Translations under genes and position numbers: made by a program | IMG/VR virus record: IMGVR_UViG_3300034121_000706 | Span: 1 to 53,411 of that record | Strand: one strand, 5' to 3' | Length of the DNA stretch: 53,411 nucleotides | DNA from: a virus | Taxonomy: Duplodnaviria; Caudoviricetes | Shown here: one piece after another, positions 22,301 to 31,223 of the stretch | Position numbering within the stretch: the stretch's first letter is position 1 | Layout: each line of letters begins with the position of its first letter | Notes under the pieces: generated by a model | The model's database searches: none | What the model saw: the letters and a program-made list of their open reading frames with translations, nothing else | Told to the model about the DNA's origin: nothing

Positions 22301-25300
22301 CAAGTGCTTCTGCCTGGATTTCAGCAATGGACTTTCCTTTGTATGCCGGATTCTTTTGTATCTCTGCGATTAATGCACGACCTTGTGGTGACAGTTTCAG
22401 TAATTCTATACCACGTTTAAATCCTTCGGGAAATACAGACTGCCATATGTGCCCGAATTCATGTATCGGTGTGTTTGCGTTAAGATTATCTGTATTTATG
22501 AATACTTTGCCATCGGGTGTTTTAAATCCGTAGATTGTGCCGTCTTTAGTTTTAACATCGGTTATCGCTATGCCTTTGTCTTGTAATTCTTTTTTAGCAT
22601 TTTCAAAATTATTCTTACCAAACAACTCTACTTTCACATTCGGAAATGCCTTTTTAAGTTTGTCTATCAGTTTCGTGAATACACTTTCTGATATTGGTGT
22701 GAATGATTTGTCTGTGGATTGTAGGTCTAAGTCTTTTTCTTCTTTGACTTGTTGGCTATTTTCGCTGCTGCTAATATCAGCGCTACTACCTTGCCTTTCC
22801 CCGCTTTTGTCTGTGGTTGTTTCGGTTGTTCCATTTGCTTGTTCATATTTTAGTGCTTCTTCCCAATTAATTGAACCATCTTCATTTACAAATTTAGCAT
22901 ATAAATCTGAATATTGCTTAAATTCTTTTTCATCAGATTCGGATATATTACTTAATGACTGCAATTCACTTTCAGATACATTATCATATTCTGATAAGAA
23001 ATCTGTTGTTTCATTTGCCTTCTGCGCCCAAAATAAATCTTCTCCGGTTACATCAATTCTCTCATAATTACCACCAAAACCACGTACAAGCGGTAACGAT
23101 TCCATGCTTCCGTACTCGTTTATTGCGTTGGCGACACGATTGATATTGGTAGATTCTGTTTTACCTGCGTCAATGTCTGCTTTTGCACGTCTGATTTCTT
23201 GCCAGGTTAAACCTAATTGCGATGCGTCAATATGATAATCAGTATCATTTCCGTTCCACTCAAACCAACTCTGTGCAATTTCTTTTACCTTTGCAATTAT
23301 ATCGGGAGATACCGAAACTTCTGTTGGTGCAATATTTATCTTTCTTATCTTCTTGCCTTTCTCGTTCAATACATCAATCTTATCACCTAATTTACCCTTT
23401 ACGGTATATCCTAAATCAGATGCAAGTTTCTGTATCTTCTGACGTATCTCTGACTTTCTTGTTTTCTTATTTGTCGGAGTAGAATTGTATTCACGCATTA
23501 AGCCAACTAATCTGTCGTGCTTATCGTTCTTTAGTTTCTGTTCGGATGATACTTGTTCAGCTTTCTTTTGTGGTTCTGCTTTGGGTTGTACTTCGTCAAC
23601 ATAAGACTTTTGCTCACCTTTAAACTTCACTTTTTCCTTATCGAATACCACTAATTCACCTTCTTGTGTCTTGCTTTCACGGAAATAGATACCATCGTAT
23701 CCTTGTGCCTTTAACTCGTTTGTGGTTAATTCAGCAAGTTTCTTTATTCCTTTATCGTTAAGATTGTCAAGCGTTACCCTACCATCAGGCAATTTTTGAT
23801 AGTCAACGGTATCAAATTCGTCAAACTTATCTTTATTGGCATTTAAAACTTCTTGTCTTTTGTCCACCAATCCATAGTCGCCGTTCTCCACCACAAGCGG
23901 ATTTTTGATGTCAACTTCTACCCTTTCTGCCTTATTGTCTTTGGTTTCGTAGCGATTGCCTTTTTCTGTGGAAACAAACGTGCCTAACGCTTGATTTTCA
24001 CCCATGTTTTTCCCTTTTACATGGGTAAGATTTTTGGATTTTATTTCATCAATAATAGCATTAGGCTTTTTTGTAAGTAATTCTTTTTTTAGATTATCTA
24101 CATATTTATCTACTAGCAATGCAGGTGGAACACCATTTGGATAATCTCTCTGTATTCTTTCTGCAATTATTACAGCATCATTTGCATTATCAAACTCAAT
24201 ATTTGATGCAGGCAATTGACTGTCTTTTTCACCAATATTTAACAGGACTTTATTGCCAAAGTCGTTTACTCTGTGTTTTTCAGTTTCATAATAAACATTT
24301 GAACCATTTCCTAATTGTCTAATAGGTTTTATCTCTTGTTCATTTTGTTGAACTTCTTTTCCGTTGGACACATTTTGTCCATCTCCTTGTTGAACTCCGT
24401 TATCGTTTTCTGGTGTTTGTTGTATTCCTGTGACGTTATTTTGTTCTTGCCCTGCGTTAATAGGTTCAACTGGTGTAATAGGATTCTCTTGCTCATCTTG
24501 TATTCTTTTATACTCTACATTCGCCTGATTAGATGCTTCATCTTGCGGTATAATTAATTCAGAACGGTCTTGTCCGAACTGCTCTTTCGCCTGTTCACGA
24601 TTAATAATTGTACCGTCTGACAGCTTAAACAACCCTTCCGCTTGTCTATCAACTTGCGAAATATCTTGTCCATCTGCTTGTGCTTTTAATATAGCTTCTG
24701 CATGGTTTTTACCTTCGTACTTCTTGCCATTAATATTGATAACCGCACTTGTAATTTGTACCGGTTCAACACCTTTCGGTTTATTCCTTACATCTGTTAA
24801 TGCGGATTTCTCTACTGTGATAATTCCATCTTCACCAATTTCAGGATTGTTGGTATTTATTACCACTTCACCATCTGCAAGGTCGTCAAGTATAGTAACT
24901 TCTGCACCATTGTAAGTTGCAATCTTATCTTCCTCTATCAGCGTATTCGGATTGGCAATATTACTCAATGCTTTTTCCTTGCCTTTATTGTACGTGCCGT
25001 CTGCAACTTCTTCTAAACGCTTATTAATGTCGTCTAACAGTAATTGATTCTTCTTATTCAACACTTCGTCATTCACCTGCGACATCGTATTTTTTAGCGT
25101 GTACTTTTTTAATAATAGTTCCGCTAAATCATCATGCAAATCTTCTTTAATAGTAGGCTTAACCGAATTGTACTGTTTCGATATTTCTTCAAATGCTTTT
25201 ACCTCGTAATCAAACTTACCTTGTTCAATATCTCCATCTGCCAACATCTTCTGTCGCATATCCACGAACTGTTGTGGATTATCAAGTGCGTTCTGTAATG

Positions 25301-27692
25301 CTATCTTGCGTTGTTCGGGTACTGAATTAGCAACTTCAATAGGTGTCATTAGTAAACTCGCCATCGTGGTAATCATAGCGGTTTCTATCGTCTGCTTGGT
25401 ATCAAAGAATGGTTTATTCAAATCTTCAAATCCTTGCTGACCGTTTTTCTGTGCTTTGGTATTGTAGTATGTTTCCGTTGCACGTTGTACTGCCGGTTCT
25501 AATACCAATTCCTCTAAGTTTTCACCGAACGTATTCTTTACACCTTCCTTAGCCATACGTTTAGCGTACTGTCCTATTGACATTTCGCCTGAACGGATTA
25601 ACTGCACATCTGCTTTGGATATATTGTTTGATATAAACTTACCTATACTTTTACTTGCCGTACCTTTTACGATATTGGCTTCCATTGGATTCACCAAAGT
25701 AACCATACCTGTCATTATAGACGTTAGTGTGGCAAAGTCATTCGCTTCTTGTGGTGTCAGTCCTGCTGTTAATCCGCTTTCGTACATATCTCCGTACATC
25801 TGTGCTGCGGAAACGCCTATTGTTGTTGCGGTTGATACCGTTCCTGCCGTTCCTGCACCCGCTACTAAACCTGTTGCACCGCCTGTCAATGCAGCAGTTG
25901 CCATCATCGTACCCATATCAAGTATCGTTGGTGTGGCTTTGGTAATTAATGTTGAGAAACTGAAATCACTTTCGGTTTTATATGCCGTTGGGTTTTCATT
26001 GTACTTATCTGTGATTTCCTTTTTAGTCTTATCATTTATATTCCTGAACTTATCATCACGTACATCGTTTTTAGGCTTACCGTTTTCATCTAACATTACT
26101 TTATAACCGTCTACATCTGCATACTTCTGTATAATATCACGTTGTACATCAGTAGCGGTAGGATTAAGTATGTCACGTTTCTTACTTGCGTAAATTGCCT
26201 GGTCGAACATTTTATCAAATACATCGTACTTGTTTTCGTCACCAATGGGATTTAAAATATCTAACATCTTTGGTACAGATGCCAATGCTTTTAGTGTTCT
26301 GCCTAATAGCTTATCGCCTTCATCTGCAACCTTTGCGCCTGTGAATGTTTTATCGGATTCTCCTGTAATCAAATTCTCTGCCATTACAACAGGACTTAAT
26401 TGAGATAGCGCACCCATAATATCACTCGCCTTTCCTAAGATACCTTTACTCTGATACGCTTTTTTCATCGCATCTTTTTTGGCTTGTGCCTTGTCGCCTT
26501 CATCTAATAATTTACGATATTCTGCAAATTCAGGTTTACTTATCTCTGAATTTGCATCATTAGTTAATTGGTTTATTTTGTCGTTTATATTAAGGTATGT
26601 TGTGAAATCTTCATCTTGTACTTTAGAATTTATACCTTCCTGTTTTTTTAGTATTTCTTCTCGTCTGCCATCTATATCTTTTTCAATCGCCTGTATCTGT
26701 GCTAACTTAGCATTGTACATAGGTTCAGCCTGTTCTTTTGGTAATTGATTTTCTGTAATCTGTTTTTCTATATCCTTTAATTCCAAAACAAGTTTATCGT
26801 ATTCAGATTTTCTTTTTGTAGAGTACAAACCAAACTGCTGTGCTTCTGCCTGTATCTGTGTATTCTGTTTTGCTATATCTGTAAAGAAATCTTCACCGAA
26901 CTTAGATTTTAAAACACTTTCGTATGACTTACCTCTATCATTTAATGCTCTTATCTGTGCATCGTAAATAGACATTTCACCATTATATGCCTGTGCGTTA
27001 TTATTAGAGTTTGACTGTATTTCAAAATCTAATTCTTCTGCCGTTTTATCTTTATTTAAAAAATATTTTAGTTGGTCTTTGTCTGTATTTAACAACTCCT
27101 CTGTTGATAGTGTATTCACAATACTAAGTTTGCTTACGGGAGTTATTCCTTTATCTAACACTACTGTATTATCAGAAGATTTGTCTGTAACATCAACTAA
27201 GTATGGATTTTCTTGTTGTGCTATTTCAGGTTGTTCAGAAACTGTTGTGCCTTGTCCTAAAATAGATTTATCGGCAAATCCTTTTTGTCCGTTATCTATC
27301 AAATAATCACCTGTAATTTGCTGTTCTTTTGTCGGTATTCCGATTGGCTTCTTTGTTGTTATTGGTGTTTTAGTGGTTGCTGTATTATTGAATGTAGGAA
27401 TTTTAAACATAGAACTATTAAAACCTAAATCTTGTGTAGTATATTTTAAAACTCCTACACCTTTAGTTGATGTTTGTTTTTGTGAAAACAGTTCGGGAAA
27501 TTTTGAGTTTATAGTTTTAAAGTCACTCTTGTATTGTGGATTGTTTGCTGTTGCCACATATTCTTGTAACAACTTTGTATCATATCCTTTAAGTTCAGGA
27601 AACTTTGAGTTTATAATATTCCAATCGCTTTTGTATTGCGGATTATTTGCAGTAGCAACATACTCCTGTAATATATCTTTTACTTCCGCCAT
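16380..27692 (-). CDS. Giant polyvalent internal virion protein (ART-like, zincin metallopeptidase and other domains)
   Basis: 3770 aa; Gly/Ala hydrophobic hairpins; GYDGI...EGELVVFD ART-like; NTPIHEFGHIW HExxH; SHFDEPN...LEEVQSDW domain; helical C-terminus. Confidence 0.8.
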   Translation of the reverse strand: MAEVKDILQEYVATANNPQYKSDWNIINSKFPELKGYDTKLLQEYVATANNPQYKSDFKTINSKFPELFSQKQTSTKGVGVLKYTTQDLGFNSSMFKIPTFNNTATTKTPITTKKPIGIPTKEQQITGDYLIDNGQKGFADKSILGQGTTVSEQPEIAQQENPYLVDVTDKSSDNTVVLDKGITPVSKLSIVNTLSTEELLNTDKDQLKYFLNKDKTAEELDFEIQSNSNNNAQAYNGEMSIYDAQIRALNDRGKSYESVLKSKFGEDFFTDIAKQNTQIQAEAQQFGLYSTKRKSEYDKLVLELKDIEKQITENQLPKEQAEPMYNAKLAQIQAIEKDIDGRREEILKKQEGINSKVQDEDFTTYLNINDKINQLTNDANSEISKPEFAEYRKLLDEGDKAQAKKDAMKKAYQSKGILGKASDIMGALSQLSPVVMAENLITGESDKTFTGAKVADEGDKLLGRTLKALASVPKMLDILNPIGDENKYDVFDKMFDQAIYASKKRDILNPTATDVQRDIIQKYADVDGYKVMLDENGKPKNDVRDDKFRNINDKTKKEITDKYNENPTAYKTESDFSFSTLITKATPTILDMGTMMATAALTGGATGLVAGAGTAGTVSTATTIGVSAAQMYGDMYESGLTAGLTPQEANDFATLTSIMTGMVTLVNPMEANIVKGTASKSIGKFISNNISKADVQLIRSGEMSIGQYAKRMAKEGVKNTFGENLEELVLEPAVQRATETYYNTKAQKNGQQGFEDLNKPFFDTKQTIETAMITTMASLLMTPIEVANSVPEQRKIALQNALDNPQQFVDMRQKMLADGDIEQGKFDYEVKAFEEISKQYNSVKPTIKEDLHDDLAELLLKKYTLKNTMSQVNDEVLNKKNQLLLDDINKRLEEVADGTYNKGKEKALSNIANPNTLIEEDKIATYNGAEVTILDDLADGEVVINTNNPEIGEDGIITVEKSALTDVRNKPKGVEPVQITSAVININGKKYEGKNHAEAILKAQADGQDISQVDRQAEGLFKLSDGTIINREQAKEQFGQDRSELIIPQDEASNQANVEYKRIQDEQENPITPVEPINAGQEQNNVTGIQQTPENDNGVQQGDGQNVSNGKEVQQNEQEIKPIRQLGNGSNVYYETEKHRVNDFGNKVLLNIGEKDSQLPASNIEFDNANDAVIIAERIQRDYPNGVPPALLVDKYVDNLKKELLTKKPNAIIDEIKSKNLTHVKGKNMGENQALGTFVSTEKGNRYETKDNKAERVEVDIKNPLVVENGDYGLVDKRQEVLNANKDKFDEFDTVDYQKLPDGRVTLDNLNDKGIKKLAELTTNELKAQGYDGIYFRESKTQEGELVVFDKEKVKFKGEQKSYVDEVQPKAEPQKKAEQVSSEQKLKNDKHDRLVGLMREYNSTPTNKKTRKSEIRQKIQKLASDLGYTVKGKLGDKIDVLNEKGKKIRKINIAPTEVSVSPDIIAKVKEIAQSWFEWNGNDTDYHIDASQLGLTWQEIRRAKADIDAGKTESTNINRVANAINEYGSMESLPLVRGFGGNYERIDVTGEDLFWAQKANETTDFLSEYDNVSESELQSLSNISESDEKEFKQYSDLYAKFVNEDGSINWEEALKYEQANGTTETTTDKSGERQGSSADISSSENSQQVKEEKDLDLQSTDKSFTPISESVFTKLIDKLKKAFPNVKVELFGKNNFENAKKELQDKGIAITDVKTKDGTIYGFKTPDGKVFINTDNLNANTPIHEFGHIWQSVFPEGFKRGIELLKLSPQGRALIAEIQKNPAYKGKSIAEIQAEALVTAIGNKGEQLFNGNPTMLKRFKEWLSDFFKTIGDKLGIKNLSADDKFNMFTKKVVGELLGGKILNSKIGTQKSSEKTITFQGENIKVKEINGGAEVVNGFYSPLEKIIGETKFDKLPAKQWLDKFGKGDEAKWTGLTDWLSSQQGSVSKAEIQQYLKENRIEVVEVVKDDGELKIRRNNVTSVDEDETSWYVNFDNDGRIEVYKDDSDGKEDAIDIAIDEINDNIRNMSSDEKKEAFRNQTKFSDYQLEGEKSNYKEVLVTMPEKEIKGEPYHVVRDKYLKPALEKLGLNDSEGALRRMKIYDEQGRSEEFKNDKDYPEAIEALDALKKGGYSEALNKYYSGFKYNSELDTQRKKTFKSSHFDEPNILVHLRMNTRTDVNGNKVLFLEEVQSDWGQSGKKEGFKEPSFEWDTQLGKDAVVVLKKMNETAGFSDWKGLATAMAKSNDILNDFQVPYDNKDLMLKWHKAVNQERKTPQAPFVTDTNAWTKLGLKVALKEAVKQGVDKIAWTTGEQQNERYDLSKQINAASASKNNDGTYQLIVEDKQGQEIEPYSRSGKKVTPQEMESIVGKDLTQKLIEGADRNKGREWKKNMKENPEFHTVRGVDLKIGGKGMKGFYGSPTEGSLGIVGNVAKSLFKQEPKAIEVKLSDSSPSNEVYFNDWEVTGYIGKFPQWKAELDDITYEIGTSDGIKYTLWRGEEKVGVYNSVKQAQEAASGTETGGTSTQYSIDITPELKEMAEFGQPLFQIVNNPSKEEIGKAYDVAQAYLEATDFNFDTDQRDAFIEEIKQNPALKAMFTTSQLEKIYEALPLSATDKVKIKYKLLVYNLKADNSANKAGLKQQQKQMVADITALIKGNLGGITGKQAEKLINLATTAVEKNSTVRLGKIINQIANLADQRTYQKAKTLYEVIKARSKRKGGVQSGKLTGVLQDFATINPLDVSDIAKYVELAEKVKQASNVVKQPTDAESTLVYDEVQAYVKAQQDEINSNAINDIVEDDAMTFFTVLDNKTKAKFGDDKTFDDLNEPQQREVFESITKDDIKKYGLTDEERDMVEAFKEIKTEQKRQDFITATYNKIGELKDLLANSVGVITQSPAEKEITDALLNVKLDDMTATEMARVLKLINGITQNNDYSGGGAFVAQQKAVEVNSKMNTLKSEIGEFRKLSEGGSKFRNFQQISVAMAKGKKLGAKLMEASGINNLMRGIAKTKTYSHNLQKAFKAEKFKSSVFEPISQMRQSIYAAVIQTKIGDDIKEAEHIARWKRIIEKNIENLRTINKEGYKEQADLLQKALDEVIGGRQQLKDIADNMSKIDSEGKRVVQFFTDNHAEQKPRFRENSLLFHNKEIEEYNSYTKLSITSLTGDTVRDTGEKLMNDARSTGITKKKSKSMIDRANYESLNDNTGLDFNFINRQMKALGDNEYDINTSADITTLANAFNSDNKQLRELLGAKNFDLLKKRLQTIVGTSKYEETTIVDDLLNEATKISRTIALGSITQVLKQSTVLMSTYLNSAGKGNIKGLDFTMLFGNKRQKENLQKLFAQSEIGARRAEGAGGYYDNTTIKKNISDGNAKKILKAIGKGRDFFSDLSMYPLRSFDILAADISWITFYKKYLRDNNLAFDENNEFKNPNKEAMAYAETMVQTAQGANTEAGQAEVWGSAKGLTQLALPFMSFAVQAKARLVDNTMNIANGDDRIEAGRDIGAYITEQIAFNAVKLGIGTFVATQLIPALLKELGLGDDDEEKETEAEKEKAELEKLRKAEQIKSSFVNNILQDLVYGTMPMVDNMATKPAINFLYNHIFKTNTGIIPNYNRSTDFNILSGGTVGVGYNQLLNLKDDINIITDNNAFGDYKSQSQVSVFTYKGKDYTIVHNGRYTRRDMFFNNVKGRMDVSNSTVPADVLKAFIENPSDFKLKEELRKTSSSQDGDLSLSLTDEQKTYAKIMLMADLLTFYGINETVFNQINNKVRGEMKKQIIKK
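27489..27671 (-). repeat. Two tandem 34-aa (102-bp period) repeats at N-terminus of giant protein
   Basis: LQEYVATANNPQYKSD(WNI/FKT)INSKFPEL occurs twice. Confidence 0.9.
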
Positions 27693-27694
27693 AT

Positions 27695-29023
27695 TTATCT
27701 GCTTTTTACCGTTGTTGTTGCCTTGTATTCTTTAGTCTTTTTTATGGTCGTTGCTTTCTCTGACTGCGTATTGGTAGTCTTTGTTTGAACTGGTACATCT
27801 TGCTGATTTGCTTCAACATTGTAGTACCCGTTATCATCCGTAAAATCGTACGTGCCTATCTGTTGACCTATCTGTTTTTCCTTATACCCGTATGCAGGTT
27901 TAAACCTATCCGCCAATGCTTGTTTTCCAACCTCATCATTACCATAAACACCGTCTATTTTATCACCATCGTAAACAATCACATAGTATTTGTCTTCTTT
28001 TAACGGTACACTCTGTTTTGTTCTTTTATCAACTCCTTTCGTTACTCCATATTTAGATAAATCACTACCCTTAACTGTTATTAAGGTTCTCGGACTTTCT
28101 TCTACCTTTCCAAAACTGTTATTTTGTAATATGCCGAAACTTCCGCTAAATGGTGTATTAGGTTTATTTAATACAAATTCTAATTTATCTTCAAATGTAC
28201 CACCGGCAACCTCTTGTTGTGATTTCAAGTTCTCAAACTTATCTCTTTGTAATCCTAAATTAGAATAATCCAATCTCATTTTATCTTTATGTTGTTGCAT
28301 ATCCAATGCTAACTTAGCAGCGAACTTACTGTCGTACATTGGAGGTATAAGGCTTTCACGTATTTGTGCGCCATCTTGCTCAATCTTATCAGCTAATTCA
28401 GGATTCTTAGACTTCATATCCTCTATCTGATTATCTACAAAATCATAATCATCTTTCCATCTTTGTAGATATGATTGATATTGATTCTGGTCGTATATTG
28501 CGATAGGTTTACTATACGCTTTTTGCAACCCTTTTATTTTTGCAAACGGATCTTCTATCTGATATTTACCTAACTGTTCAGAAGTAAACGGTTGTGTTGC
28601 ATCAGGACTACCCGATATAGTATTTGGATTTAACTTTCCTTTTTCAAATTGTAATTGGTTTTGTCTATAACCTTTCAATTCTTTGCCAGTCTGCAAAAAT
28701 TCCTGATACATCTTATTCCACTCTTGCGAGAATTGTAAGTGTGTTGGATTATTCTTCGGTTTCGTTACATCTATACCAACGGAACGACCTTTTACTGCAT
28801 AATCTTTCAGCTTTGTCGCTAAGTCAAAGTATTTCTGTGTTAAATCAGTATCGGTTTGTATGTCTTTTTCTGTGGTTACATCAGGAACGGATATATCGTC
28901 TAATGACGGTAATCCCCATGCAGCAGCACTCACATCACGCAAGTTTGGTAATGCCTGTTGGTATAACGGACTTTGTGGTACGTTCACATCTACAAGTCCT
29001 GCGCCTGTGTTTCCGTATATCAT
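27695..29023 (-). CDS. Putative internal virion protein
   Basis: 442 aa between portal and giant protein, coupled to both. Confidence 0.6.
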   Translation of the reverse strand: MIYGNTGAGLVDVNVPQSPLYQQALPNLRDVSAAAWGLPSLDDISVPDVTTEKDIQTDTDLTQKYFDLATKLKDYAVKGRSVGIDVTKPKNNPTHLQFSQEWNKMYQEFLQTGKELKGYRQNQLQFEKGKLNPNTISGSPDATQPFTSEQLGKYQIEDPFAKIKGLQKAYSKPIAIYDQNQYQSYLQRWKDDYDFVDNQIEDMKSKNPELADKIEQDGAQIRESLIPPMYDSKFAAKLALDMQQHKDKMRLDYSNLGLQRDKFENLKSQQEVAGGTFEDKLEFVLNKPNTPFSGSFGILQNNSFGKVEESPRTLITVKGSDLSKYGVTKGVDKRTKQSVPLKEDKYYVIVYDGDKIDGVYGNDEVGKQALADRFKPAYGYKEKQIGQQIGTYDFTDDNGYYNVEANQQDVPVQTKTTNTQSEKATTIKKTKEYKATTTVKSR

Positions 29024-31203
29024 ACTGTTTGTTCTTTACTTAATTCCTGTTTCTTTGTATCTTCCTTCATTGCCGTTTTCTGCAAATCTACATTTCCTTT
29101 GTACTGCGTTTTCTGCATTTCACGTTGCGTAATAGCCTGTTGTGTCTGCTGTCCTGCTTGTTGTTGCATCTGTGTATTTGCCAACATCGCTTCTTGTTGT
29201 GCCTGTTGCATTTGCATTTGCATCGCCTGGTCTTTCTGCTCTTTCTTCTTCATTACAGATATGTAGTCAACAACCGCACCCTTCACATCTTCCTGTGACT
29301 TCATTTCTAATTCCAATGCTTCGTGTAGTGGTAAGTTATGTTGTAATCCGGCAACGATATATTTTTCAAGAACGCTACGTGGCATGATCTGATTTCTTAC
29401 TACTATCTCATGCTCATCATCCGCAATATCTTCATCAATATCTAAGAAGTCAATATACAAGTCACCAATAATATCTCGCCATCTGTCAGGGTTATTCTTC
29501 CATGATATACGGATATGCTGTGCGTGTTTGGTAAGTAGCTTACTTTCAAACATAAAGAATCCACTGTAAAATCCTTTTGATGCTTTGGCACTCTGCGCAA
29601 TAGCCATTTCAGTCACACCGTTCAACTGATTTGCGGACTGAATAACACCTTGTCGTGCATCATTCATACCGCTAATGCTTTTCATTTCATTATCAGTAAA
29701 CGACATTAGATTCATTAATCCTGCAATCGTATTTCCTAAACCGCTATCGGTAGTATTACTTGCACCACCGCCCTGTATCGGTGCGCCTTCATTCTGTTGT
29801 GAGTTGTAAAATTCAACACCATGTCCTTTTAAATAATGGAACATTGTGTTAATTGCAGACTGTCCATCACCCCATTCTTTCGGCAATCTTGATGTATCAA
29901 TTCTTGTAACGCTACCATTAGACTTTGTAATTTCTAACTGCACTTTTGTCCATAAGTAGTTAATGAAATCCTGCGTTTGCATGATGTCCATAACCATAGA
30001 CTTGCTTTGTCCGTTAATATACAAAGGTCTGTATGATGTAATTGACGTTGTAGTGTGTCCGTAATCGGTATAGAATGTTGGTTGGTTCTCAACGTTTCCG
30101 TATTCCACTAAATATTTATCAGCAATTAGTGTTGCTTTCTTTAATACATTTCTTTCCTTGCGTACCACCTTGAACGATACTGCATCTGCGTACTTACGTT
30201 TATCAACCTTTTTGGTTGCTTCCTCACCTACCAATACCTCAAATGTTTCCAATCCGTTCTCATACACCGCTTCTACACCTGCAATCTTTTCAATATCCAC
30301 CCACTCCCAAGAAGATATTAATACCCTTGCTTGTCCTGTTTCGTATGGTTCAAAGTATTTTTGGTTATCAAACTCCACATAATACTCACCATTTGAAGAT
30401 GATACGTTGTTTTTTAAGCGTTCCTTTATTTCTTCAACCGCTTCTGCCGATAATTTATATTTCTCTGTCACTTCACGTACATCTCCGTAGTACACCTCAC
30501 CAATACCTTGTGTCTTAGACAAGAAATCATCGTCATTAACATTACGTGGGTAAAAGGTATTTAACGGTTGTACCCTTGCAATTTTTGGCATACCGTTTAT
30601 AATACTTGTACGTGCATGGCACTCACCGGCAACCACCGCATCTAATAGGAACTGTAACCTAATGTATCGGTAACTCCAATATTCAACCGTATATCTTAAA
30701 CACGCTTCAATAGCACGTTCCGATATATCTTTGATGTTTTCTAATTTTTCCTGTACATCTTCATCATCTTCAACTTCACTTGCAATATTGATACCGCTTT
30801 CTTCCGCAGCCATATCCATTAAAGGCTTAATTGACATATCTGCCAATACCTTTAATTTGTAATCCATTTTACGGGTTTTTGCTTCCTTGTTTACCGCATT
30901 CGCACTCGCTTCAAATCCTAAGTCAATCAAATCACCAATAAGTGTATTCACTTTGGTTTTGATTTTATTAAGATTCATGTAAACAACTGGCGTTGTCAGC
31001 TTGTTGTCGCCAACCTGAATATCGTAACCGCTAAATAAATCTGTGAATCCTGTGTCGCCTTGTGTGCCGTGAAAGTAATCGTAACATAACGACATTTGGC
31101 TTTTTAGAATAGAGTGCCTGTCAATAGACTGCTTCATAAGCCGTCTTATCCAGTCTTTATAATAATCTTCCGTATTGATTTTTTTATCAACCTCTTGAGC
31201 CAC
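29020..31203 (-). CDS. Portal protein
   Basis: 727 aa downstream of terminase; N.IKTKVNTLIG, ISGMNDARQG motifs and Gln-rich C-terminal barrel of P22/crAss portals. Confidence 0.9.
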   Translation of the reverse strand: MAQEVDKKINTEDYYKDWIRRLMKQSIDRHSILKSQMSLCYDYFHGTQGDTGFTDLFSGYDIQVGDNKLTTPVVYMNLNKIKTKVNTLIGDLIDLGFEASANAVNKEAKTRKMDYKLKVLADMSIKPLMDMAAEESGINIASEVEDDEDVQEKLENIKDISERAIEACLRYTVEYWSYRYIRLQFLLDAVVAGECHARTSIINGMPKIARVQPLNTFYPRNVNDDDFLSKTQGIGEVYYGDVREVTEKYKLSAEAVEEIKERLKNNVSSSNGEYYVEFDNQKYFEPYETGQARVLISSWEWVDIEKIAGVEAVYENGLETFEVLVGEEATKKVDKRKYADAVSFKVVRKERNVLKKATLIADKYLVEYGNVENQPTFYTDYGHTTTSITSYRPLYINGQSKSMVMDIMQTQDFINYLWTKVQLEITKSNGSVTRIDTSRLPKEWGDGQSAINTMFHYLKGHGVEFYNSQQNEGAPIQGGGASNTTDSGLGNTIAGLMNLMSFTDNEMKSISGMNDARQGVIQSANQLNGVTEMAIAQSAKASKGFYSGFFMFESKLLTKHAQHIRISWKNNPDRWRDIIGDLYIDFLDIDEDIADDEHEIVVRNQIMPRSVLEKYIVAGLQHNLPLHEALELEMKSQEDVKGAVVDYISVMKKKEQKDQAMQMQMQQAQQEAMLANTQMQQQAGQQTQQAITQREMQKTQYKGNVDLQKTAMKEDTKKQELSKEQTV

Positions 31204-31223
31204 TCATTAAAATTTACACTAAA

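Noticed and set aside
16380-27692. Virion RNA polymerase
   Set aside because: No DxDxD catalytic motif in polymerase context seen; motifs fit a polyvalent protein
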